Below, piece by piece: positions 30,531 through 39,422 of a stretch of 64,000 bases of DNA. The stretch lies in NCBI GenBank assembly GCA_963719225.1, contig CAVRAY010000001.1, positions 2,592,001-2,656,000 on the forward strand, read 5' to 3'. The stretch comes from Thermoanaerobaculia bacterium. GTDB taxonomy: Bacteria > Acidobacteriota > Thermoanaerobaculia > UBA5066. The translations under genes were made by a program, and so were the position numbers. Numbering within the stretch: the first letter of the stretch is position 1; each line of letters starts with the position of its first letter. A model generated the notes under the pieces. It was not told where the DNA came from. It saw only the letters and a list, made by a program, of their open reading frames with translations, and searched no databases.

Positions 30531-33500
30531 TCACTCGCGCGCTGCGGGCTCCGCGATCGGCGCGAGCCTCTTCCCGCGCAGCTTCTCGTTGAGCGCCGGG
30601 AGGTCCTTGGCGGCCAGCTCTGCCGCGCGTCCCTCGACCTCCTTCAGCTCGCGCTCGAGGGCGGCGACGCGCGCGACCTGGTAGTCGCCCGGACGGCCTT
30701 CGTACGAGAGGATGGCGTCGTAGACGTAGGCGAGGTGCTCGCGCAGGCGCTCTTCGCCCGTGATCGCGCCGCCCTCCGACGTCGCGACGACGTCCTTCCG
30801 GATCGCGTCGGCCTTTTCCGCGAAGGACCCGAGAGTCTTCCGGAGGCCGTCGCCCGCGGGAAGGCCTTTCGCCCGCTCGCCCGCGAGCGACCGGTAGCCG
30901 TTCAGACGGTCCACGACGTCGCTCATCCGTCCGAAGAGCGCATGCGCCGTCATCGCAGCGTCGTACTGGGCCTTGCGGTCGGCGGGCGTGAACGGCGCAC
31001 GCGGGTCGAGCGAAACGACGAGCGGTGTCTCGATCACGTGGTCGCCCTTCGTGAGCCGCACCGTGTACGTGCCCGGCAGGACGCGCGGTCCCGTGGAGGC
31101 GCCCGCGGTCGACGCGGCCGTCGGGACGCGCGGCGGCTTCTCCTGCATGGACCACAGGACGCGGTTGATGCCCTTTCGCTTTCCCGCCGGCGGCGTGTCG
31201 ACGACGCGCCCCGAGGCGTCGAGGATCTCGAGCTTCATCCGCCCGAACGTGTGCCGCGTCTTCTGGGTGTACGTGATGACGGCGGCCGACGGCGGGTTCC
31301 GCCCCGCGTACGAGGCGTCGCCTTCCGGCCAGCCGCCCGAGCCGCGGGGCTTCTGCGTCACGGGGCGCCCCGGCAGGAACGCGACGTCCTTGTCGAGCGT
31401 CTCCGGTGTGAGGGCGCGCAGCGGCGTGAGGTCGTCGACGATCCAGATCCCGCGTCCGTGCGTCGCGACGACCAGGTCGTGCTCGCGCGTCTGGAACGCG
31501 AGGTCGCGGACGGAAACGGACGGGAAGTTGCCGCCTTTGAACTCCGCCCACGTCTTCCCGGCGTCCAGAGAGATCCAGAGCCCGAACTCCGTGCCGAGGT
31601 AGAGGAGTCCGGGGTGGACCGGGTCCTCCTTGATCACGTACGCCCAGCCGCGGACTCCGGACGACGGGCCGACGATCCGATCCCACGTCTTCCCGAAGTC
31701 CTTCGTCACGAAAACCCACGGCGTCAGGTCGCCGAACGTGTGGCGGTCGAACGCCGCGTAGGCGACGCCGTCGGCATGCGGGCCGGTTTCGATCCACGAG
31801 ACCCAGCTCGCAGGCGGCAGGCCGGGAACGTTCCCGACGAGGTTCGTCCACGTCGCGCCGCCGTCGCGGGTGAGCTGGAGGTTGCCGTCGTCGGTCCCGG
31901 CCCAGATCGTCTTCGCGTCGCGCGGACTCTCCGAGATCGCGTAGATCGTCGTGTGCATCTCGGCGGCGGAGTTGTCGACGGTGATGCCGCCGGACTGCTC
32001 CTGCTTCTGCTTCTCCGGATCGTTCGTCGTGAGGTCCGGCGAGATGCGCTGCCACGACTGTCCGCCATCCCGCGACAGAAAGAGAAATTGCGCGCCGATG
32101 TAGAGCTTCCCCTTCTCGAGGCGCGAGACGTGGATCGGCGTGTTCCAGTTCCAGCGCAGCTTCTCCTTGAAGAGAGCCTTCGGCTGGATGTCGCGCGCGG
32201 CGAGCGTGCGCCGGTCGACGCGGCCGATGAAGCCGCCCTGCATCTCCGCGTAGACGAAGTTCGGGTCGGCGGGGTCCACGAAGACCCAGAAACCGTCGCC
32301 GTTGTAGAGGTTCTCCCACCGGCTGTTCGTGATCCCACCGGGATACGCCGAGTCCCCGGCCCAGGAGCTGTTGTCCTGAAGCCCGCCGTAGACCTGGTAC
32401 GGCTGCTTCTCGTCGACGGACACGTGGTAGAACTGCGAGACGGGCAGGTTGTTGCACTTCCACCAGCGGTTCGCGCCGTCGTGGGAGATCCACAGGCCGC
32501 CGTCGTCGCCCGTCACGACGTGCTTCGGGTTCTTCGGGTTGATCCAGACGTCGTGATGGTCTCCGTGCGTTCCGCCGCCCACGTCGGTGAAGCTCTCGCC
32601 GCCGTCCTCGGAGGCGATCAGGGTCAGGTTCGGCTTGTAGACGCGGTCCGGGTTCGTCGGATCGACGACGAGGCGCGAGAAGTAGAACGGCCGCCAGACC
32701 ATCCGCTGGCTGTCGTCCTTCCGCGCCCAGGTCTTCCCGCCGTCGTCGGAGCGGAAAAGCGCCGGCTTCACGCTCTCGATGACGGCGTAGACGCGGTCGG
32801 GCTTCGACGGCGCGATCGCGACGTCGAGGCGTCCCCACGGCGCGGGCGGCAGGCCATGCGCCGTCTTCTCGTCGAGTTTTTTCCACGTCGCGCCGGCGTC
32901 CTCCGTGAGGAAGAGGCCGGATCCGGACACCCCTTTCGGCCCGTCGCTCCCGGACCGGAACGTCCAGCCCTTCCTGCGGAAGTCCCATAGGCCCGCGAAG
33001 AGCCGGTCCGGGTTGCGCGGATCCATCGCGAGACCGGAGCAGCCCGTCGAGAGGCTGCCGCCCTTGAGGACGAGCGCCCAGCTCTTCCCGCCGTCCGTCG
33101 TCTTGTACAAGCCGCGGTCCGGCGAGTCCGACCAGAGCTTGCCGGGCACACACGCGTAGACGACGTCGCCCTTCTTCGGGTTCACGACGATCCGGTTCAC
33201 GCGCTCGGATTCCGGAAGCCCCATGGGTGTCCAGGATTCGCCGCCGTCGCCCGAGCGGTAGATGCCGTTCCCCACGGAGACGGAGTTCCGCGTCCACGTT
33301 TCGCCGGTCCCGACCCAGACGACCTTCGGATCCGACGGGTCGAGCGCGATCGCGCCGATGGATTGAACGGGCTGTTTGTCGAAGACGGGCTTGAACGTCG
33401 TCCCGCCGTCGAGCGACTTCCAGACCCCTCCGGAGGCAGAGCCGACGAACAGCGTGACCTTTCCGTCGTCCTCGACGCGGCCTGCCACGGCGGCGATCCG

Positions 33501-33629
33501 GCCGCTCATCTGGGCCGAGCCGATGTTGCGCGCGCCGAGACCCGAGATCGTGCCCGAGTCGACGGCGGGAGATGCGGCTGACGCGCCCAGCGCCGACGCG
33601 GCGAGAAGGAGGGATACGGCCGCTTTCAT
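30531..33629 (-). CDS. Secreted BNR/Asp-box (VPS10/sortilin-like) beta-propeller protein
   Basis: Signal peptide; many Asp boxes (KSLDGGTTF, RSGDGGESW, KTTDGGKSW, RSDDGGKTW); ATHGRGIW; C-terminal helical region. Confidence 0.88.
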   Translation of the reverse strand: MKAAVSLLLAASALGASAASPAVDSGTISGLGARNIGSAQMSGRIAAVAGRVEDDGKVTLFVGSASGGVWKSLDGGTTFKPVFDKQPVQSIGAIALDPSDPKVVWVGTGETWTRNSVSVGNGIYRSGDGGESWTPMGLPESERVNRIVVNPKKGDVVYACVPGKLWSDSPDRGLYKTTDGGKSWALVLKGGSLSTGCSGLAMDPRNPDRLFAGLWDFRRKGWTFRSGSDGPKGVSGSGLFLTEDAGATWKKLDEKTAHGLPPAPWGRLDVAIAPSKPDRVYAVIESVKPALFRSDDGGKTWARKDDSQRMVWRPFYFSRLVVDPTNPDRVYKPNLTLIASEDGGESFTDVGGGTHGDHHDVWINPKNPKHVVTGDDGGLWISHDGANRWWKCNNLPVSQFYHVSVDEKQPYQVYGGLQDNSSWAGDSAYPGGITNSRWENLYNGDGFWVFVDPADPNFVYAEMQGGFIGRVDRRTLAARDIQPKALFKEKLRWNWNTPIHVSRLEKGKLYIGAQFLFLSRDGGQSWQRISPDLTTNDPEKQKQEQSGGITVDNSAAEMHTTIYAISESPRDAKTIWAGTDDGNLQLTRDGGATWTNLVGNVPGLPPASWVSWIETGPHADGVAYAAFDRHTFGDLTPWVFVTKDFGKTWDRIVGPSSGVRGWAYVIKEDPVHPGLLYLGTEFGLWISLDAGKTWAEFKGGNFPSVSVRDLAFQTREHDLVVATHGRGIWIVDDLTPLRALTPETLDKDVAFLPGRPVTQKPRGSGGWPEGDASYAGRNPPSAAVITYTQKTRHTFGRMKLEILDASGRVVDTPPAGKRKGINRVLWSMQEKPPRVPTAASTAGASTGPRVLPGTYTVRLTKGDHVIETPLVVSLDPRAPFTPADRKAQYDAAMTAHALFGRMSDVVDRLNGYRSLAGERAKGLPAGDGLRKTLGSFAEKADAIRKDVVATSEGGAITGEERLREHLAYVYDAILSYEGRPGDYQVARVAALERELKEVEGRAAELAAKDLPALNEKLRGKRLAPIAEPAARE

Positions 33630-34396
33630 CGGCCCGCTCCCGCCTTCGCGGAGGCCGGCGCCGGGAACGAGAACGCGTCCGCGCGGAGGGAGACGTTCGC
33701 TTCGGCCTTTTCGTAGATCGTCTTCCCTCGAGAGGCGGGCGGCGAGTTCCGCGACCCGCTCTCCTCGCTCATCGGAACGTAGACGCCGCCAACCTTCTCG
33801 TAATCCCCGTAGTCCGTCTCGACTTCCTGCTCGGCTCCGCGGACCATCGTCTTCTGCAGGTCGCGAATCACCATCCACGTATCGGGGTCGATCCACACGG
33901 TCAGGTCGCCTCCCCACTTCAGCTTGACGCGCAGCTTGTGCGCGAGCGTGCCGTCCACGTCCTCGGTCCCGAGGTACTCCAGCGCGTGACCCTTGGCCTT
34001 CGCATCCACGAACGGCCCGTCGAGATCGGCCGCGAGCCGGAAGGGTTTCGCATCGTCTTCGGACATCATCGACGGCTCCTTGCGGCCCTCGAACGGCTGG
34101 ACCTGCCAGCCCTTCTCGCCGTCGAAGGCCTGGATCTGCGTGAGGCCCTGGTACGTGGATTCCTGCCGGATGCGGCCGGGACGGGCGTTCACCTCGGAAA
34201 CCGTGATGAGGATGGAGCGGCCCGGGATCACGAACCGCCCCTTCCGGCGGAGGCTCTTGAGGGACGCGAGCGCCGCCGTGCCACCGCGCGCCTCGACGTT
34301 CTTCGCGACGATCTCCTCCGGCGTGATCGCCGCGAGAGTGCCCGGCACACAGAGCGCCATCAGCAGAGGGGCAACGAGCCGAATCGTGTTTCGCAT
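33626..34396 (-). CDS. Secreted LolA-like (lipoprotein-sorting-like) protein
   Basis: Signal peptide; EEIVAKNVEARGG, YLGTEDVDG, DYEKVGGVYVP; stop overlaps start of the BNR gene. Confidence 0.65.
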   Translation of the reverse strand: MRNTIRLVAPLLMALCVPGTLAAITPEEIVAKNVEARGGTAALASLKSLRRKGRFVIPGRSILITVSEVNARPGRIRQESTYQGLTQIQAFDGEKGWQVQPFEGRKEPSMMSEDDAKPFRLAADLDGPFVDAKAKGHALEYLGTEDVDGTLAHKLRVKLKWGGDLTVWIDPDTWMVIRDLQKTMVRGAEQEVETDYGDYEKVGGVYVPMSEESGSRNSPPASRGKTIYEKAEANVSLRADAFSFPAPASAKAGAGR

Positions 34397-34487
34397 GTCG
34401 GATGTACGTCCTGCGGCCGATGCGGGTTTCGCCACTTCCGCGGTACCGCGAGTCCCGTGAGCCATATTTCTTCGAATAGGATAGGGC

Positions 34488-34817
34488 ATGAGCAAATTCC
34501 AGCCGGATCCGCGAGGCCTGTCACGTCGTTCTTTGGCCAGGGTCATCAGCGGCGCGGCCGCCGCCGCTCTTCTGCCTGGCCGGTCCGAGGCGGTCGAGGC
34601 GCCCGCACACCTTTCAAAGCAATTCGAGGACTCCCATACCGAGGCGCTCGTCGAAGCGGCTCTTTCCGCGACGCCGGCCACCCTTTCGGCGGAGCAGCGC
34701 CTCGACGTGAGGCGAGGCGTCCGCGACCTGCAGAAGGCTCTCGCGGACGCGCGCCGCGTCCAAGTGCCGTACGAGACCGATCCGGCGACGGTCTTTCTGC
34801 CCACGGGGCGGGGATGA
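34488..34817 (+). CDS. Small Tat-signal protein, GatC/AtzG-like amidase partner candidate
   Basis: LSRRSLARVISGAAAAALL Tat motif; C-terminal VPYETDPATVF; ATGA-coupled to the amidase. Confidence 0.7.
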   Translation: MSKFQPDPRGLSRRSLARVISGAAAAALLPGRSEAVEAPAHLSKQFEDSHTEALVEAALSATPATLSAEQRLDVRRGVRDLQKALADARRVQVPYETDPATVFLPTGRG

Positions 34818-36226
34818 GCACCGAAGATCCTTCGAAAGGCGGCGATCTGGCGTTCGCCTCGGTCGCCGAGCTCGCCGGCGCGCTGGCGGCGGGAAAGACG
34901 TCCTCGGTCGAGCTGACACGCTTTTTCCTTTCCCGCCTTCGCAGAATCGGACCCTCTCTCAACGCTGTCGCGACTCTGATGGAAGAGAGCGCGCTCGAGG
35001 CCGCCCGCCGTGCCGACGCGGATCGGAAGCCCGGTATCCCCCGACGGCCGCTCCACGGAATTCCCTATGCCGTGAAGGATCTCCTCGACACCAAAGGCGT
35101 GGCAACGACCTGGGGCTCGCCTCTTTTCAAGGATCGCGTCCCGGGGAGCGATGCGACCGCGATCTCCCGGCTTGCCGAAGCCGGCGCGATCCTCGTCGCC
35201 AAGCTCTCGATGGTCGAGCTCGCCGGCGGAGCGGGCTACCGGTTCGCATCCGCATCGGCTCAGGGGCCCGGGAAGAACCCGTGGAATCCGAAACACTGGA
35301 CGGGCGGCTCCTCCAGCGGCTCGGGTGCCGCCGTTGCGGCCGGCCTCGTGCCCTTCGCGCTCGGCTCGGAGACATGGGGCTCGATCGTGTGCCCGTCCAG
35401 CTATTGCGGCATCTCGGGCCTAAGACCCACGTACGGGCGCGTCAGCCGCCATGGCGCGATGCCTCTCTGCTTCACGCTCGACAAGATCGGCCCGCTCGCG
35501 CGCTCGGCCGAGGACCTCGAAACCGTTCTCGACGCGATCGCCGGCGACGACCCGGCCGATCCGTCGACTCTTCGCGGCAATTGGACGCGATCTCCCGCGC
35601 CCGAACGGCTTCGAATCGGCGTGCTTCCGGACAAGACGTGGGACGGGTATCAGAAGGAAGCCGTGACGCTCGCGAGCACCGCCCTGAAGACGCTCGAAGC
35701 GAAGGGACATCAGCTCGTGCCCGTGACGCTGCCCGACTTTCCATTCGACGCCGTTCTCATCACGATCCTCGCCTCGGAGGCTGCGGCATCCTTCGAGCCC
35801 CTCATCGCGAGCGGGCGGCATCTCCAGCTCGTGGACCCGCTCTCGAAGATCGGCCTCCTGCCCGGCACGACCATTTCCGCGGCCGATTACGCGAACGCGC
35901 TCCGGCGTCGCACGCTCGCGATTCGCGCGATGGCGGAGCTCTTCACGGGGATCGACGTCCTCGCCGGGCCGGGCTTCGCCAGCTCCGCGAGCCCGATCGA
36001 GGCGAACCTCGAGACGTGGTACGCGCTTCCCGCCGATCCGCTCGGGGCCCCCGGGAATCTCTGCGGGCTGCCGGCCGCGAGCGTCCCGTGCGGCTTCGAT
36101 TCCGCCGGCCTGCCTCTCGGCATCACGTTCATGGCGGCGGCGGGAAACGAATCGCTCTGTCTCGCCGCCGCAAAGGCATATCAGAAGGAAACGGACTGGC
36201 ACCGGAGGCGCCCGCCGGTCGGTTGA
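34814..36226 (+). CDS. Amidase signature family protein
   Basis: PLHGIPYAVKD, GGSSSGSGAAV, GSETWGSIVCPS (Lys-cisSer-Ser triad). Confidence 0.93.
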   Translation: MSTEDPSKGGDLAFASVAELAGALAAGKTSSVELTRFFLSRLRRIGPSLNAVATLMEESALEAARRADADRKPGIPRRPLHGIPYAVKDLLDTKGVATTWGSPLFKDRVPGSDATAISRLAEAGAILVAKLSMVELAGGAGYRFASASAQGPGKNPWNPKHWTGGSSSGSGAAVAAGLVPFALGSETWGSIVCPSSYCGISGLRPTYGRVSRHGAMPLCFTLDKIGPLARSAEDLETVLDAIAGDDPADPSTLRGNWTRSPAPERLRIGVLPDKTWDGYQKEAVTLASTALKTLEAKGHQLVPVTLPDFPFDAVLITILASEAAASFEPLIASGRHLQLVDPLSKIGLLPGTTISAADYANALRRRTLAIRAMAELFTGIDVLAGPGFASSASPIEANLETWYALPADPLGAPGNLCGLPAASVPCGFDSAGLPLGITFMAAAGNESLCLAAAKAYQKETDWHRRRPPVG

Positions 36227-36283
36227 CGCTGTATTCTTTGATCGAAGACGCCCGGGGTGGGGCGTCTGTGCGCGGAGGCCGGA

Positions 36284-38668
36284 GTGAAGCAACGCACTTC
36301 CCGCCGTCGGACCGAAAAGGTATTGCGGCGCTCCGCGAAGACTTCCGACCCGACGAAGAAACGCGGTCCGCCGCATTCGAGGTCTTCCCTCGTCGACCTG
36401 GGTATCTCTGGGCGGCGGGTGCCCCGGGAGACCCTCCAGGCCATCTTCGACAACATTCCCGTCATGATCTCGTTGGTAGATCCGTCCGGTCGCCTGCTCC
36501 TCGTCAACCGGGAGTGGGAGCGGGTCCTGGGCTGGTCCTTCCAGGAAGCGCAGGGCTACGACTTTCTGGCGGAGGCCTATCCCGATCCGGACAGTCGGCG
36601 CGAAGTGCTCGAGTTCATGCGGAAAGCGGAGCAGCGATGGCAGGATTTCAGAACGCGGACCAAGGACGGTCGCGTCATCGACACGTCCTGGTTACGCGTC
36701 GGGCTCTCGGACGGCGCGCGAATCGGGTTCGGCCTGGACCTGACTGAACGCAAACGGCTCGAGAAAGGGATCCGAACGAGCGAGGCGCTCCTCTCGGAGG
36801 GAGAGAGACTCGCCCAGACCGGGAGCTGGGTCTTGAACCTCGAGTCGGGAAAGCTCGTCTGGTCGGCGGGAGCCTTTCGCATCTTCAGCCTGGCGTCGGA
36901 TTCCAAAGCGTCGTCCCGGGCTTCGGCGGCGGACGGGCTCCGGCCGGCGAGTTATGCGGAGGCGGCGAGCATGGTCCATCCGGAGGACCGGATGAACATA
37001 GTCTATCCAGAGGACCGGACCAGAGTCCGAACGACCTTCGAGCAGGCCGTCGCCGAAAAGAAGGGCTTCGAAATCGATCACCGTCTGGTTCATCCGGACG
37101 GGACCGTCCGGCAGGTCCACGTCGTCGGACACCCGACGTTCGGCGATTCCGGGGATCTGCTTGAGTACGTCGGCGTCATCATCGATGTCACCGAGCGCCA
37201 GCAGGCCGAGGAGGCGTTGCGCAAGAGTGAGCGGGTCCTCCGCGAGGCTCAAGAGCTGGGCCACACCGGGAGCTGGGAGCAGGATCTGGTCACCGGCAAG
37301 ATCTTCAACACCGATGAGAACCTCCGTCTGTTCTTCGGTGACGAACCCAGCAAAGGCGCGCGCCTGGAGGACTACGTCGACACCGTGCATCCCGACGACC
37401 GGGCAATGGTGAAGGAGCGACGGGAGCAACTGCTCGCCGAAGGACATCCGCGCGATATCGAGTTCCGGGTGGTCTGGCCGGACGGCAGCGTGCATGTGAT
37501 CTTCGGCCGCGCGACGGTCGTTCGCGACGAATCGGGACGGGCCGTCCGTGTCTACGGGACGAATGTCGACGTCACCGAGCGCAAGCGGACGGAAGATCGG
37601 GCGCGTGAGAGCCAGCAGCTTCTGAACCTGGTCCTCGCTACCCTGCCGGTCGGCGTGTCGGTCACCGATCGGGGGGGCGACATCGTTCTCGTGAATGCAG
37701 CGTCGAAGCGCATTTGGGGCGGCGATCCGATCGTCTCCGGCCGAAAACGATGGGCGCAGAGCAGAGGCTTCTGGCACGACTCCGGCGAGAGAGTTGACCC
37801 GACGAATTGGGCCTCCGCGCGGGCGCTGACCGAGGGGCAAACGAGCTTGAACGAGGTGATCGATATCAAGACGTTCGATGGCCGGCAGAAGACCATCCAG
37901 AACTCGGCCGCACCGATCCGCGACGCGGACGGGACGATCGTGGGCGCCGTGTTCGTCAACGAAGACGTCACGGAGCAGATGCTCGCGCAGGGAAGCCTGC
38001 AGCGTTCGCGCGACGAGCTGCGCCTGCTGTCGGAGGAATTGCAGACCGTCCGCGAAGAGGAGCGCGCGCGCATCGCGCGAGAAGTGCACGACGAAATCGG
38101 ACAGGCCTTGACCGCGCTTCAGATGGACGTGGCCTGGCTCGAAAAGAAGCTCGCGACCTCTTCCGAAGCGGCCCCCGAAAGCTGCTCGGAAAAGCTGAAG
38201 TCGATGACCTCGCTTCTCGATTCGACTCTCGGTTCCGTCCAGCGCATCGCGACCGAGCTCCGGCCAGGGGTTCTCGACGAGCTGGGACTGGAAGCGGCGG
38301 CCGAGTGGTACGTCCGCGACTTCGAGTCGCGCACCGGCATCCCCTGCGATTTCCGGTCCGACCTGAAGGGTGCGGCGGTCGAGCCCGACCTCGCGACGGC
38401 CGTGTTTCGGATTCTCCAGGAAGCGCTCACGAACGTGGCCCGGCACTCGGGCGCGAGTCGGGTCGAGATCCTCCTTTCGGCCTATGCGAACGAGCTTCTT
38501 CTCGAGATCAGGGACGACGGCCGGGGGATTTCGAAAGACCACGTCGCGGCGTCCCATTCGCTCGGCCTCCTCGGCATGCGCGAACGGGCCCGTTCCCTCG
38601 GAGGTGAGATCTCGGTCAGCGGCATACCGGACGTCGGGACCACGGTCACGCTCAGGGTTCCACTTTGA
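36284..38668 (+). CDS. Soluble multi-PAS histidine kinase (HisKA_3/NarX-like)
   Basis: Four PAS/PAC repeats; ERARIAREVHDEIGQ, QEALTNVARHS, DDGRG; start approximate. Confidence 0.9.
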   Translation: MKQRTSRRRTEKVLRRSAKTSDPTKKRGPPHSRSSLVDLGISGRRVPRETLQAIFDNIPVMISLVDPSGRLLLVNREWERVLGWSFQEAQGYDFLAEAYPDPDSRREVLEFMRKAEQRWQDFRTRTKDGRVIDTSWLRVGLSDGARIGFGLDLTERKRLEKGIRTSEALLSEGERLAQTGSWVLNLESGKLVWSAGAFRIFSLASDSKASSRASAADGLRPASYAEAASMVHPEDRMNIVYPEDRTRVRTTFEQAVAEKKGFEIDHRLVHPDGTVRQVHVVGHPTFGDSGDLLEYVGVIIDVTERQQAEEALRKSERVLREAQELGHTGSWEQDLVTGKIFNTDENLRLFFGDEPSKGARLEDYVDTVHPDDRAMVKERREQLLAEGHPRDIEFRVVWPDGSVHVIFGRATVVRDESGRAVRVYGTNVDVTERKRTEDRARESQQLLNLVLATLPVGVSVTDRGGDIVLVNAASKRIWGGDPIVSGRKRWAQSRGFWHDSGERVDPTNWASARALTEGQTSLNEVIDIKTFDGRQKTIQNSAAPIRDADGTIVGAVFVNEDVTEQMLAQGSLQRSRDELRLLSEELQTVREEERARIAREVHDEIGQALTALQMDVAWLEKKLATSSEAAPESCSEKLKSMTSLLDSTLGSVQRIATELRPGVLDELGLEAAAEWYVRDFESRTGIPCDFRSDLKGAAVEPDLATAVFRILQEALTNVARHSGASRVEILLSAYANELLLEIRDDGRGISKDHVAASHSLGLLGMRERARSLGGEISVSGIPDVGTTVTLRVPL

Positions 38669-39294
38669 CGCGCATCCTTCTCGTCGATGATCACGCGGTC
38701 GTGCGCGAGGGCCTGAAACAGATCCTGGCGGATTCGATTCGAGGTGCAACCTTCGGCGAGGCCGCCACGGGCGACGAGGCCCTCGAAAAGGCAAGAGCCG
38801 GCGCCTGGGACGTCGTCATTCTCGACATGTCTCTTCCGGGGGCGAGCGGCATCGAGGTCCTGAAGGAGCTTCGTCAGATGCATCCGCGGCTTCCGGTGCT
38901 CGTCCTGAGCATGCACCCCGAGGAGCAGTTCGCGGCGCGCGCGCTCAGGGCAGGAGCCGCCGGGTACGTGACCAAGAGGACGGCGGCGGAGCAAATCGCC
39001 GCCGCGGTGGGAAAAGTACTAGCGGGCCGAAAGTACATCAGCGCTTCCCTCGCGGAAAAGCTCGTCGGAGAGCTCAACATGGGTGCGGCGGCGCCGCACG
39101 AGCGCCTCTCGGATCGTGAGTTTCAGGTCTTTCGTATGTTGTCGGGCGCCAAGACGGTCAAGCAGATCAGCGAGGAGCTCTCACTCAGTACGCAGACGGT
39201 CAGCACGTATCGGAACCGGATCCTGGAGAAGATGGGCCTGACCACGAATGACGAGCTCACGGAATACGCGCTGCAGAACGGCCTTTTGAAATAG
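38665..39294 (+). CDS. NarL/LuxR-family response regulator
   Basis: LVDDHAVVREGL, LDMSLP, LSDREFQV HTH; overlaps kinase stop. Confidence 0.94.
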   Translation: MTRILLVDDHAVVREGLKQILADSIRGATFGEAATGDEALEKARAGAWDVVILDMSLPGASGIEVLKELRQMHPRLPVLVLSMHPEEQFAARALRAGAAGYVTKRTAAEQIAAAVGKVLAGRKYISASLAEKLVGELNMGAAAPHERLSDREFQVFRMLSGAKTVKQISEELSLSTQTVSTYRNRILEKMGLTTNDELTEYALQNGLLK

Positions 39295-39313
39295 GCGCCT
39301 CAACGCCGCCGCC

Positions 39314-39344
39314 CGTCGTCCTCCGGACGACGCGAAAAGTCGTC
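39314..39344. promoter_or_regulatory. GTCGTC/GACGAC palindromic motif cluster (hairpin or operator)
   Basis: Perfect 8-bp stem CGTCGTCC-TCC-GGACGACG plus a third GTCGTC at 39339. Confidence 0.35.
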
Positions 39345-39422
39345 GCGCCGCCAATACCGGTCACTTCGCGCGGGAACTAGGCTGCGTCCGGAAGGCGGCC
39401 GCACCCGGGCCGATCAAGTCCC

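Noticed and set aside
34488-36226. gatC-gatA
   Set aside because: No gatB; amidase lacks GatA-specific features; small protein has a Tat motif
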